A stretch of 62,225 bases of DNA from an uncultured Fibrobacteraceae bacterium (GTDB lineage Bacteria; Krumholzibacteriota; Krumholzibacteriia; LZORAL124-64-63). Location of the stretch: contig CAZJWO010000004.1 of assembly GCA_964549735.1 (NCBI GenBank), positions 1 to 62,225 on the forward strand. Reading direction: 5' to 3'. Below are positions 47,125 to 57,054 of the stretch, in pieces (position 1 is the first letter of the stretch; each line of letters starts with the position of its first letter). The translations under genes were made by a program, and so were the position numbers. The notes beneath the pieces are model-generated. The model ran no database searches and had not been told where the DNA came from. It was given only the letters and a program-made list of their open reading frames with translations.

Positions 47125-47631
47125 ATGTCGGGTTTCCGAGCACAGGACCGGCTGCGGCCGCCGTTCTGGGACCGGCTGACTGCCGATCCCGCCGCGGTGA
47201 CGTCGGCCGCCTTGCGCGTCGACGCGCGGCAGCTCGTCGCGGCCGTGCGGCGGGACATCGAGCGGCTGCTCAACACCCGGCGCACCGATCTGCTCGACCT
47301 CGCGCATCTGCCGGAAGCCGCGGCTTCTCTGCTCGGCTTCGGTCTGCCGGACCTGTCGGCGTTCTCGGGCCGCAGCACGCGCGACCGCCGCGCGATCTGC
47401 GACCTGATCGCCGATCTGCTGCGCAAGTACGAGCCGCGGCTGGTGCCGGCCTCGATCCGCGTCGACTACATCGACGGCGGTTCGATCGCCCGCCTGGCCA
47501 CGGCCGCGGAGGCGCATTTCCGCATCCGCGCGCTGCTGCACGTCGAGCCCCTGCGGCAGCCGGTGACGTTCGACACCGCCGTCGACATGGAGACCAGCGA
47601 GGTCAAGCTCGAGGATGGCGGCGATGCGTGA
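47125..47631 (+). CDS. tssE: T6SS baseplate gp25-like subunit
   Basis: 'PFWDRL', 'VRRDIERLLNTR', 'FGLPDL', 'LRKYEPRL'. Confidence 0.92.
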   Translation: MSGFRAQDRLRPPFWDRLTADPAAVTSAALRVDARQLVAAVRRDIERLLNTRRTDLLDLAHLPEAAASLLGFGLPDLSAFSGRSTRDRRAICDLIADLLRKYEPRLVPASIRVDYIDGGSIARLATAAEAHFRIRALLHVEPLRQPVTFDTAVDMETSEVKLEDGGDA

Positions 47632-49477
47632 TCAGCTCCTGCACCACTACGAACGCGAGCTGCGGTTCATCCGGCGCGAAGCCGGCCAGTTCGCGGCGCG
47701 TTATCCCGCGATCGCCGACCTCCTGCAGATCGAGGCCGATCGCTGCAACGATCCGCACGTCGAGCGCCTCATCGAGGCGTTCGCCATGCTCGCGGCGCGC
47801 GTGCAGCTGCGCCTGGACGACGAGTTCCCCGAGATCACGACCGCATTCCTGCAGGCGCTGTGCCCGCCGCTCGTCACGCCGGTCCCCTCGCTGACGGTCG
47901 TTCAATTCACGGCCGATCCCGATCAGAGCGAGGCCACCAGCGGCGTCGACGTTCCCCGCGGGACCCAGATCCACACGCGGCCGTCCGGCGGCGTCATCTG
48001 CCGCTTCAAGACGTGCTATCCGGTGACGCTCTGGCCGCTGGAGGTCACCGGGCTGGATGTCATCGGGCTGGACGCCGGCGAGCCGGGCCTGCCGCCCGGC
48101 GCGACGGCGGCGCTGCGCATCCGCCTGCAGACGCGCGGCGCGCAGAATTTCCGCGAGTTGGACCTCGACCGCCTGCAGTTCTTCCTCGACGGCGACGCCT
48201 CGCTGGTCTATCGGCTCTACGAAGTGCTCTGCCGCCGAACCGTCGGCCTCGTGCTGCGGCCCAGCCAGGCCGGCTCGAGCCGCGGCCGCGGGATCGCGCT
48301 GCCGCCCGACAGCCTGCGTCCGGTCGGCTTCGCGGACGACGAAGCGTTGCTCGAGTTCCCGCAAGGCGCGTTCGCGGGCCATCGCCTGCTGCAGGAGTAC
48401 TTCGCGTTCCCCGAGAAGTTCCTCTTCGCCGAATTGCGCAACCTCGCGGCCGGCGCGCTCGGCGATCTCGGACACACGCTCGAGGTGCTGGTCTGTCTGG
48501 ACGAGCTGCCGCTCGACCTCGAGGGCAAGCTCGGTCCGCAGAATCTGAAGCTCGGCTGCACGCCTGCGATCAACATCTTCCCGCAGACCGCCGAGCCGAT
48601 CCGCCTGACGCATCAGATCAGCGAATATCCCGTGATCCCCGACGCGCGCGCGGCCGCCTCGTACGAGGTCTACGGGATCACCGCGGTCGAGACCTTCGAC
48701 GCCCAGAGCGGCAAGAGCCGCGTCTTCTTCCCGCTGCACGCGCAGGGGCACTGGAACGCGCCGGCCGACGCCGCCTACTGGCAGGCGTCGGTGCGGGCGA
48801 ACCACGGCGAGGACGCCGGCGTGACGACCTACCTGACTCTGGTCGACCGGGCCGCCCGGCCGCTCGACGAGCTGCCGACCAAGACCTTGACCGTCGAGAC
48901 GCTGTGCACGAACGGCGATCTGCCCGCGGAGTTGCCGATGGGCGATCCGCGGGGCGACTTCCAGGTCGAAGGCCGCCCCGGCGTGGCGCGCATCCAGGTC
49001 CTGCGCAAGCCGACGCGCACGCTGCGTCCGCCGGAGCGCCGGTTCGGTCTCTGGCGTCTGGTCAGCCTGCTGAACGTCAATCATCTCTCCCTGGCGGGCG
49101 CGCCCGGGACCGCCGACGCCGGCGGCTGGTCCGATCCCGCGGCCTTGCGCGAGCTGCTGGGTCTGCTCGACTTCACCGGCACCGCGGCGGCGCGGCAGCG
49201 CATCGCCGGCCTGGTGGCCGTCCGCGCCCGCTCCGTCCTGCGCCGCGTCGACTCCGGACGCGCGGGCCTCTTCGCCCGCGGCACCGAAATCGGCCTGCGC
49301 TTCGACGAGGGGCGCTTCGCCGGCAGCGGCGCCTTCCTGCTGGCGGCGGTGCTCGAGCGATTCCTGGGCAGCCTGGCGCCGATCAACTCCTTCACCCAGC
49401 TGGTCGCCAGCAGCCAGCAGCGGGAGGAGGTGCTCAAGCAATGGCCGCCGCGCGCCGGACAGAAGGTTCTTGTCTAG
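47624..49477 (+). CDS. tssF: T6SS baseplate subunit TssF
   Basis: 'LLHHYERELRFIR', 'DPHVERLIEAFA', 'LLQEYFAFPEKFLF', 'LGCTPAINIF', 'LWRLVSLLNVNHLSL', 'INSFTQL'. Confidence 0.96.
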   Translation: MRDQLLHHYERELRFIRREAGQFAARYPAIADLLQIEADRCNDPHVERLIEAFAMLAARVQLRLDDEFPEITTAFLQALCPPLVTPVPSLTVVQFTADPDQSEATSGVDVPRGTQIHTRPSGGVICRFKTCYPVTLWPLEVTGLDVIGLDAGEPGLPPGATAALRIRLQTRGAQNFRELDLDRLQFFLDGDASLVYRLYEVLCRRTVGLVLRPSQAGSSRGRGIALPPDSLRPVGFADDEALLEFPQGAFAGHRLLQEYFAFPEKFLFAELRNLAAGALGDLGHTLEVLVCLDELPLDLEGKLGPQNLKLGCTPAINIFPQTAEPIRLTHQISEYPVIPDARAAASYEVYGITAVETFDAQSGKSRVFFPLHAQGHWNAPADAAYWQASVRANHGEDAGVTTYLTLVDRAARPLDELPTKTLTVETLCTNGDLPAELPMGDPRGDFQVEGRPGVARIQVLRKPTRTLRPPERRFGLWRLVSLLNVNHLSLAGAPGTADAGGWSDPAALRELLGLLDFTGTAAARQRIAGLVAVRARSVLRRVDSGRAGLFARGTEIGLRFDEGRFAGSGAFLLAAVLERFLGSLAPINSFTQLVASSQQREEVLKQWPPRAGQKVLV

Positions 49478-50499
49478 GCGATCAGCTCCTGGCCGCGCCG
49501 GGTCGCTGGGACTTCTACCAGGCGGTCCGCCTCTGGCAGCAGGCCGCCCGCGATCTGGCCGCCGTCGGCGTCGACGACGACCCCGCGCGCGAGGCCTTGC
49601 GCTTCCGCACCTCGGTCTCCTTCGCGTTTCCGACCTGCGAGATCGGCGCCTGCCGTCTCGATCCCGAGCAGCCGGGCCGCGCCGAGCTGCGCGTGAACTT
49701 CATGGGCGTGGCCACGCCGGCCAGTTTCGGTTCGCTGCCGACGCCCTACGCCGAGGACGTGTCCCTGGCCGATCGCCGTCGCCTGCCGGCCCTGCACGAA
49801 TTCCTCGACATGTTCAACCACCGGTTCATCTCGCTCTTCTATCGCGCCTGGCAGAAGCATCACGCCGCGGTCGCGTACGAACAGGCCGCCGCGGGGCAGC
49901 CCGCCCTTTTCGAGATGGCCTTGCGCAGCCTGCTGGGCATGGCCAATCCGGGCGCCCATGCCCAGGTGTCGCGGCTGGACGAACTCGTGCTCGGGCGGCC
50001 GGGACTGCTGCGCCCCGGCGCGACGAGCTGCAGCTCGCTCGTCGCGCTCATGGACCAGATCTTCGGCGTGCGGGCGCGCGTCGAGCAGTTCGAGACGCGC
50101 TGGTTCACGATCGAGCCGGAAGACCGGTCGCGCCTCGGCCGCGCGGCCTGCCGCCTGGGCGAGGACCTGACGGTCGGCGACAGCGTCGCGCTGGCGCAGT
50201 CGCGTTTCCGGCTCGTGCTCGGTCCGCTCGCCTGGGACGCGTTCGCGTCGTTCCTGCCGCAGGGCGGCGCGCACGACGTGTTGCACGACCTGATCAAGGT
50301 CGCCGTCGGACCGGAGTTGACGTATGACATCCAGCTCGATCTGGACGCCGCCGGCGTGCCGCCGTTGCGCCTCGGCCTCGCGGCTGAAGAGCCGGCGGCC
50401 CGGCTGGGCTGGACGACCTGGCTCGGCCCGCCGCGCGGGAGAGGCGCCGTCTCGGTCGTGGTCGCGAGCCGGCCGCAGGTTGGAGCCGAAGTAGCCTAG
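49441..50499 (+). CDS. tssG: T6SS baseplate subunit TssG
   Basis: 'WDFYQAVRL', 'LRFRTSVSFAFP', 'FLDMFNHRFISLFYRAWQKH', 'LGWTTWLG'; overlaps the tssF end. Confidence 0.92.
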   Translation: MAAARRTEGSCLGDQLLAAPGRWDFYQAVRLWQQAARDLAAVGVDDDPAREALRFRTSVSFAFPTCEIGACRLDPEQPGRAELRVNFMGVATPASFGSLPTPYAEDVSLADRRRLPALHEFLDMFNHRFISLFYRAWQKHHAAVAYEQAAAGQPALFEMALRSLLGMANPGAHAQVSRLDELVLGRPGLLRPGATSCSSLVALMDQIFGVRARVEQFETRWFTIEPEDRSRLGRAACRLGEDLTVGDSVALAQSRFRLVLGPLAWDAFASFLPQGGAHDVLHDLIKVAVGPELTYDIQLDLDAAGVPPLRLGLAAEEPAARLGWTTWLGPPRGRGAVSVVVASRPQVGAEVA

Positions 50500-50521
50500 C
50501 GCAGAGAAAGGTCGATCACCC

Positions 50522-53218
50522 ATGGGTCTGAACTTGAAGAACCTGGTGAGCAAGCTGACGCCGCAGGCCCGCCGCGCGCTCGAGAGCGCCGCCGGCCTGT
50601 GCCAGTCGCGTTCGCATTTCGAGGTGGCTTGCGAGCACTGGCTGGTCAAGCTGGCCGAGCAGCCGTCGCACGACATCGCCCGCATCTGCGAGCACTACGA
50701 GATCGCGCCCGACGTGGCGCTGCTCGGCCTGGAGCGCGGCCTGGCCGATTACAAGACCGGCAACAGCGGACGGCCGACGCTCGGCGCGGACATCGAGGAA
50801 CTGTTGCAGGCCGGCTGGCTGCGCGCCTCGATCGACTACCAGCACTCGCGCGCGCGCTCCGGCGTCATCTTCCTGGCGGCGCTCGCCGACCGCGCCATGG
50901 GACGGCGCCTGCGCGACAATTTCCCAGATCTGGAGCACATCAACGTCGAGGACCTCGCCAAACGGTTGCCCGACATCGTGGCCGGCTGCCCGGAGGATCG
51001 CGAGGTCTTCCATCAGGCCGGCGGCGCCACGGCCGTCGCCGGCAAGGCGCGCGCGGGCGGCGCGGCGGCCGGTCCAGCCACTCCGGCCCTCGACCAGTTC
51101 ACCGTCGACATGACCGACGAGGCGAAGCAGGGCCGCATGGACCCGATCCTCGGCCGCGACCGCGAGATCCGGCAGATCGTCGACATCCTGACCCGCCGGC
51201 GCCAGAACAACCCGATCCTGACGGGCGAGGCCGGCGTGGGCAAGACCGCCGTCGTCGAGGGCTTCGCCCAGCGCGTGGCCGCCGGCGACGTGCCCGAGCC
51301 CCTGCGCGGCGTGATGGTCAAGTCGCTCGACCTGGGGTTGCTGCAGGCCGGCGCGGGGGTCAAGGGAGAGTTCGAGAACCGGCTCAAGCAGGTCATCGAG
51401 GAGGTGCACACCTCGCCGGTGCCGATCATCCTCTTCATCGACGAGGCCCACACGCTCATCGGCGCCGGCGGCCAGGCCGGCCAGAACGACGCCGCCAACC
51501 TCCTGAAACCGGCCCTGGCGCGCGGCGGCCTGCGCACCATCGCGGCGACGACCTGGGCCGAATACAAGAAGTACTTCGAGAAGGACCCCGCCCTGACGCG
51601 GCGTTTCCAGGTCATCAAGATCGACGAGCCGGACGAGGCCGTGGCCATCGAGATGATGCGCAGCCTGGCGCCCAAGCTGGAGAAGCACCACGGCGTGCAC
51701 CTGCTGGACGAGGCCGTGCGCGACTCGGTCCGCCTCTCGCTGCGGTATCTGCCGGCGCGGCAGCTGCCGGACAAGTCGGTCAGCGTGCTGGACACGGCCT
51801 GCGCGCGCGTCGCCATCGGCCAGGGCGCGATCCCCGAGGGCATCGAGAGCCGGCGCAGCCGCTTGAACGCGTTGTCCGCCGAGGCGGCGGTGCTCGAGCG
51901 CGAGGCGGCGCTCGGCGCCGATCGCGCGGCGCGGCTCGCGGCGATCGCCGGCGAGAAGCAGAGGGTCGCCGGCGAACTGGCCGCGGTCGAACAGCGCTGG
52001 GAGCAGGAGAAGGCCCTGGTCACCGAGATCTGCCAGCTGCGGGCCACGCTGCACGGCGCGCCGCCGGCCGACAAGCCCGCCGAGGAGCGCGCCACGCCGG
52101 CCGCGGCGCAGCCGGCCGCGACGCTCGACAAGGCGAAGTTGCTGGCCCGCTACCAGGCGTGCCAGAAGCAGCTCGCCGAACTGCAGGGCGAGGAACCGCT
52201 CGTCTCGAGCGAGGTCGACGCGCAAGCCGTCGCCGCGGTCATCTCGAGCTGGACCGGGATCCCGGTCGGGCGCATGGTCGCCGACCAGATCCAGACGGTG
52301 CTCGAGCTGCCCAGCCGTCTGGAGCAGCGCGTCATCGGCCAGAACCACGCGCTGGAGACCATCGCGCAGCGCATCCGCACCTCGCGGGCCAACCTGGACA
52401 ATCCGTCGCGTCCGGTCGGGGTGTTCCTGCTGGTCGGCCCGAGCGGCGTCGGCAAGACCGAGACGGCGCTGGCGCTCTCGGAGATCCTCTACGGCGGCGA
52501 GCGCAACCTCGTCTCGATCAACATGTCCGAGTACCAGGAAGCGCACACGGTCAGCAGCCTGAAGGGTTCGCCGCCCGGCTACGTCGGCTACGGCGAGGGC
52601 GGCGTGCTGACCGAGGCGGTCCGGCGGCGCCCCTACTCGGTCGTCCTGCTGGACGAGGTCGAGAAGGCCCACCCCGACGTCATGGAGCTGTTCTTCCAGG
52701 TCTTCGACAAGGGCGTGCTCGAGGATGGCGAGGGGCGGGTCATCGATTTCAAGAACACGGTCATCCTGCTGACGAGCAACATGGGCACCGAACTGACCAT
52801 GTCGCTCTGCCAGGATCCCGACACCATGCCGGCGCCCGACGCCTTGGTCGAGGCGCTGCGGCCGGAGATCCTGAAGACCTTCCCGCCGGCCCTGCTGGGG
52901 CGCATGATCGTGGTGCCCTACTATCCGCTGCACGGCGAATCGCTGCGCCGGATCGTGGCGCTGCAGGTCGGCCGCATCGCCAAGCGCATGCGGGCCAACC
53001 ACGGCGTCGAGCTGGTCTATGACGATGGATTGCTCGAGGCCATCGCTGAGCGCTGCCAGGATCCCGACAGCGGCGCGCGCGTCGTCGACCACATCCTGAC
53101 GCGCTCGCTGTTGCCCGAGATCTCGGCCGAGTTCCTGGCGCGCATGGCGCGCAACGAGACGTTTACGCGGGTGCAGGTGACCCTCGACGCGAGCGGCTTC
53201 ACCTACGCCATCAGCTAG
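50522..53218 (+). CDS. tssH: T6SS AAA+ ATPase ClpV
   Basis: 'DILTRRRQNNPILTGEAGVGKT', 'LQAGAGVKGEFENRL', 'GPSGVGKTETA', 'LKGSPPGYVGYGEGGVLTEAVRRRPYSVVLLDEVEKAH'. Confidence 0.97.
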   Translation: MGLNLKNLVSKLTPQARRALESAAGLCQSRSHFEVACEHWLVKLAEQPSHDIARICEHYEIAPDVALLGLERGLADYKTGNSGRPTLGADIEELLQAGWLRASIDYQHSRARSGVIFLAALADRAMGRRLRDNFPDLEHINVEDLAKRLPDIVAGCPEDREVFHQAGGATAVAGKARAGGAAAGPATPALDQFTVDMTDEAKQGRMDPILGRDREIRQIVDILTRRRQNNPILTGEAGVGKTAVVEGFAQRVAAGDVPEPLRGVMVKSLDLGLLQAGAGVKGEFENRLKQVIEEVHTSPVPIILFIDEAHTLIGAGGQAGQNDAANLLKPALARGGLRTIAATTWAEYKKYFEKDPALTRRFQVIKIDEPDEAVAIEMMRSLAPKLEKHHGVHLLDEAVRDSVRLSLRYLPARQLPDKSVSVLDTACARVAIGQGAIPEGIESRRSRLNALSAEAAVLEREAALGADRAARLAAIAGEKQRVAGELAAVEQRWEQEKALVTEICQLRATLHGAPPADKPAEERATPAAAQPAATLDKAKLLARYQACQKQLAELQGEEPLVSSEVDAQAVAAVISSWTGIPVGRMVADQIQTVLELPSRLEQRVIGQNHALETIAQRIRTSRANLDNPSRPVGVFLLVGPSGVGKTETALALSEILYGGERNLVSINMSEYQEAHTVSSLKGSPPGYVGYGEGGVLTEAVRRRPYSVVLLDEVEKAHPDVMELFFQVFDKGVLEDGEGRVIDFKNTVILLTSNMGTELTMSLCQDPDTMPAPDALVEALRPEILKTFPPALLGRMIVVPYYPLHGESLRRIVALQVGRIAKRMRANHGVELVYDDGLLEAIAERCQDPDSGARVVDHILTRSLLPEISAEFLARMARNETFTRVQVTLDASGFTYAIS

Positions 53219-53298
53219 CGGCCGTTCCCGGCGGTCGGGCCGGACCGGCGTTATGATTTCGAATGCTGCGATGCTCTTCAAGCCTGGAGGCGCGAGCC

Positions 53299-56115
53299 AT
53301 GCGTGATGGTCGGTTGTTGATCGAGTCGGCACCGTTCTGGTGCGCGCTGGCGGCGGTATGCTGCCTGGCCTGGTCGCCCGCGGCCGGCGCGGCGTCCGAC
53401 GCCCCCCTGTTCGAGACGCTGCAAGCGGCCGCTGCCAGCGGCGACGACCCGCCGGCGCTCGCGGCCGCGGAAGAGGACGCCGGCTGGTGGGACGGCTTCG
53501 CGCCGGCGCCTGATGGCCAGGGGTTGCGCAGCGGCGCTCTGCGGGGTCGCTGCGCCAGCCTCCTCGTCCATGACGGCAAGCTCTACGCCCACGGCGTCTT
53601 CGACAACGCGGGCGGACAGACGGTCCAGAACATCGCGGCGTTCGACGGCCGCAGCTGGACCGCGCTGCCTGGCGTCGGCCCGCCCCGTTACGATCTCCTG
53701 GGTCCGACGCTGGCCGTGTTCGATGGCAAGCTGGTCGTGGCCGAGTTTTCGGGCGGCGTCACCGCGGTACGGCGCCTCGACGGCACGAACTGGACCGCGC
53801 TCGGCACGGCGCCCATCGGGGCCGTCCAGCATCTGCACAGCTTCACCGTGGCCGGACAGGAACGATTGTACCTCGTGGTGAACGACGCTTTGGATGTGAC
53901 CAGCCAGGGGCGGGTCTACCGGTGGAATCCGCAGACGCTGCTCTGGCAGGTCCAGGGGACGGGCCTGCCTGTCGGTGTGATCTTCGCGATGGCCGAGCAC
54001 GACGGCGACCTCTACGTGACGGTCTATGGTCAGGCCGCCGGCATGGTCTGGCGCCTGCGCGGCGACGAGCCCGGGGGCGACTGGGCCAGCGTCTACGCGA
54101 GCGCCGAGATGCGGCCGATCCACCTGCTCAGCCATCAGGGATCACTCTATACCTCGGGCCTGGCCAACAACGCGGGCCTTCTGCTGCGCTACAACCCGAG
54201 CGGCGTCCCGCAGTGGCAGAACGTGGGGGCCACCGTGACCGGTGCAGGGCACGTGTATCACATGGCGAGCTGGCAGGAGCGCATCGTCCTGGTGGGGAAC
54301 TTCCCGGGGCTTGGCGCCGCGACGTCGCGCAACGTCGCCTACTGGCAGGACGGCACGGTCCACGCGATGGGCTCCGGACTGACGTCGGCGACCGAGAACG
54401 ATCCCTTCACGGTCGCCGTGTTCGGCGGCGACGTCTATGTCGCCGGTCGTTTCGGCGACGCCGGCGGCCGCGCGTCCTCTGGCATCGCCCGCTGGCGCGA
54501 CCTCGACGATCCCCTGGCCACTCCGACGATCAACCCGACCGTTCCGGCCACGCTCTTCGCCGGCGAGCCCGTGAACATCGCGGCGACGATCGCCTCATAT
54601 CAGACCGTGCGCGGCGTCCGCCTGGGGTACCGCACCTTCGATCAGGACGCCTACAGCTTCCGGCCCATGGCGCTGCAGACGGGCAGCAACGACGTCTACC
54701 GCGCGACGATCCCCGGCGGCGCGGTCACGACGCACGGGCTCCAGCATTTCGTCGAGGTGGAGACCGACCTGGGCACCTTCACGATGCCGCCCGACGCCGC
54801 GCAGGCCGCCGCGTACGTGGGGACCGAGGTCGGTGGCCGCATCATCATGCCGCTGGCGGGGCGCTACGAACTCATCGGCATCCCGTTCGTGCCGACGGGC
54901 ACCATGTCGCAGATCTTCGAGGGCGTCATGGGCGAGTACAAGCCGTCGCGCTGGCGTCTGGAGCGCTGGGATCCCGAGACCGAGACGTATCTGCCGTTCC
55001 CGCAGGTACCGCCCGCCGACCCCGGCACCGGTTACTTCCTGATCCAGCGCGACGAGCAGGACGTGCTGGTCACCGGCGTTTCGTCCAGCACGGTGGGCGG
55101 CGCCACTATCCCGCTGGAGCCGGGTTGGAACATGATCTCCACGCCGTACCAGCTCTTCATCCCCTGGGCCCAGGTGGTGCGGCCGGCCGGGGTCGAGAAC
55201 CAGCTCATCACCCGCGCCAACGACGAGTACGTGGTTGTTTCGCCGGCAGTCATGGCCCCGGGGACCGGCTACTTCGTCTATCACGCCGGCGCGAACCCGG
55301 TGACGCTCAGGGTGCCGACCGTCAGCGCCGGCAAAGCCGCCGGCGATCGCCAGCCCGGCAGCGCGGCCGAGGCAGAACTCGCGGACCTCGCCGGCTGCGC
55401 CTGGACGATCCGCATCGCCGCGAGCCAGGGCGGACGGCACGACCTGATCAAGACGATCGGTGCGCTCGCGCCCGGAGCCGAAGGTCCCGGCAACCTGCAC
55501 CAGCCGCCCGCGCTGCCGCACGATCTGGCGGTGTGGCTGGAGCACGAGAGCGCCGCCGGCGTGCACCGGCTGCGGCGCGATCTGCGTTCCTTCGACCAGG
55601 GCGGCGTCTGGGACCTCGTGGTGCGCCCCGCGGCCGGCGGCGGCCCCGTGACGCTGACCTTCGCCGGGCTCGACGAGGTGCCCGCCGATCTGCAGATCGC
55701 GCTCGCCGCGCCGCACGGCACGGTCGACCTGCGCCGCGCCGGCGCGACCTGGCAGAGCGCGGCCGACGGCGAGACGCATCTGCGCCTGGTGGTCGGTTCG
55801 CAGGATCTCGTCGAACAGGCCGCGGGCTCGTTGCCGCAGCCGTTCGCGCTGCTGCCGGCCTATCCGAATCCGTCCAATCCGTCAACGAGGGTGACCTTCG
55901 CGTTGCCACGCGCGACCGCGGTCCGCCTGTCCGTGTACGACCTCGCCGGCCGGCGCGTGCGCACGCTGCTCGACGACGTGCGCGCTCCTGGCCGCCACGC
56001 GATCGAGTGGGACGGCGCCGACGACACCGGCCGCGGCCTCGCTTCTGGTATCTACGTGTTGCGGTTGCAGGCCGGCGAGCTGAGCCAGACGCGCAAGTTG
56101 ACGCTGGTTCGCTGA
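53299..56115 (+). CDS. Secreted beta-propeller-repeat protein with C-terminal FlgD Ig-like domain
   Basis: ATG 53299 after GGAGG; signal peptide; repeats 'LYAHGVFDNAGG...IAAFDG', 'VYVAGRFGDAGG...IARW'; C-terminal 'AYPNPSNP...VYDLAGRRVRTL...WDG...ASGIYVLRL'. Confidence 0.8.
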   Translation: MRDGRLLIESAPFWCALAAVCCLAWSPAAGAASDAPLFETLQAAAASGDDPPALAAAEEDAGWWDGFAPAPDGQGLRSGALRGRCASLLVHDGKLYAHGVFDNAGGQTVQNIAAFDGRSWTALPGVGPPRYDLLGPTLAVFDGKLVVAEFSGGVTAVRRLDGTNWTALGTAPIGAVQHLHSFTVAGQERLYLVVNDALDVTSQGRVYRWNPQTLLWQVQGTGLPVGVIFAMAEHDGDLYVTVYGQAAGMVWRLRGDEPGGDWASVYASAEMRPIHLLSHQGSLYTSGLANNAGLLLRYNPSGVPQWQNVGATVTGAGHVYHMASWQERIVLVGNFPGLGAATSRNVAYWQDGTVHAMGSGLTSATENDPFTVAVFGGDVYVAGRFGDAGGRASSGIARWRDLDDPLATPTINPTVPATLFAGEPVNIAATIASYQTVRGVRLGYRTFDQDAYSFRPMALQTGSNDVYRATIPGGAVTTHGLQHFVEVETDLGTFTMPPDAAQAAAYVGTEVGGRIIMPLAGRYELIGIPFVPTGTMSQIFEGVMGEYKPSRWRLERWDPETETYLPFPQVPPADPGTGYFLIQRDEQDVLVTGVSSSTVGGATIPLEPGWNMISTPYQLFIPWAQVVRPAGVENQLITRANDEYVVVSPAVMAPGTGYFVYHAGANPVTLRVPTVSAGKAAGDRQPGSAAEAELADLAGCAWTIRIAASQGGRHDLIKTIGALAPGAEGPGNLHQPPALPHDLAVWLEHESAAGVHRLRRDLRSFDQGGVWDLVVRPAAGGGPVTLTFAGLDEVPADLQIALAAPHGTVDLRRAGATWQSAADGETHLRLVVGSQDLVEQAAGSLPQPFALLPAYPNPSNPSTRVTFALPRATAVRLSVYDLAGRRVRTLLDDVRAPGRHAIEWDGADDTGRGLASGIYVLRLQAGELSQTRKLTLVR

Positions 56116-56172
56116 GCTTTCCATCCAGGGCGGTCCGGCGCGCACGACGCCGCCGGGCCGCCGGGAGTCGCG

Positions 56173-57054
56173 ATGTTCTTCAAGAAGCGGAACCAGAGCG
56201 TGCGCAAGTGTCCCAGCGGGCACATCATGGATCCCGACTGGGACACTTGCCCCTACTGTGCGGGCGAGCAGTCCTCGGTCTTCCTGGACGAGAGCCGCGC
56301 CGATCAACGATCGGCCTCGCCGCGGGGCGATCTGCCGCCCGCGCCCCCGCTGCCGCCGCTGCCGCCGCCGCCGTCACCCTCGCCGGTCGCCTCGCACCGC
56401 GCGGCGCCGCCTCCGCCTCCATCCCCCGCGACGAGCGATCCCGACGTGACGCAGATCAGCCGCCGTGGTCCGCCGCCGCCGCCGCCGCCGCCGCCCGCAA
56501 GGGGTTCTCCGCCGCCTGTCGCGCCGTATGCGCCGTTGCCGCCCACGGCACCTGCCGCCGGATCCGGGCCGCCGCCGCTGGTCGAGTTCACCGATGCCCG
56601 CGGTCGGCCGGCGTCGCCGCCGCTGCCGCCGCCTGCCGCCACGCCCCATCTGCCGCCAACGGCGCCTTCCGGCAGGTCCGCGCCGCAGGTGCCTGGCAGC
56701 CTGGATGAACCGACGCGCATCCTGAGCGCCGCGACCGGCGGCGGCCTGCTGGTCGCCTGGCTCGTGGCGGTTTCGGGGCCCTGGCGTGGCCAGGATTTCC
56801 GGATCCAGCCCGGCGGCGCCCGTGTCGGCCGGCTCCCCGCCTGCGGGATCTGCCTGCCGCAAGGGCAGGACCTCGGGCTCTCGAAAGAGCATGCGGAGGT
56901 GCGCATCGCGGCCGGCACCTGCGTCCTGGTCGACTTGGGTTCGGCCAACGGCACCTTCGTCAACGACGAGCGCATAACCGAACGGGCTCTTCAGGATGGC
57001 GACCGGGTGCGGTTCGGCCTGCTCGAGTTCGTCTACAAGTGTCTGGTGCTATGA
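56173..57054 (+). CDS. Zn-ribbon-like / Pro-rich / FHA domain protein
   Basis: 'CPSGHIMDPDWDTCPYC'; long poly-Pro linker; FHA 'VGR...SKEHA...DLGSANGTFVN'. Confidence 0.85.
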   Translation: MFFKKRNQSVRKCPSGHIMDPDWDTCPYCAGEQSSVFLDESRADQRSASPRGDLPPAPPLPPLPPPPSPSPVASHRAAPPPPPSPATSDPDVTQISRRGPPPPPPPPPARGSPPPVAPYAPLPPTAPAAGSGPPPLVEFTDARGRPASPPLPPPAATPHLPPTAPSGRSAPQVPGSLDEPTRILSAATGGGLLVAWLVAVSGPWRGQDFRIQPGGARVGRLPACGICLPQGQDLGLSKEHAEVRIAAGTCVLVDLGSANGTFVNDERITERALQDGDRVRFGLLEFVYKCLVL

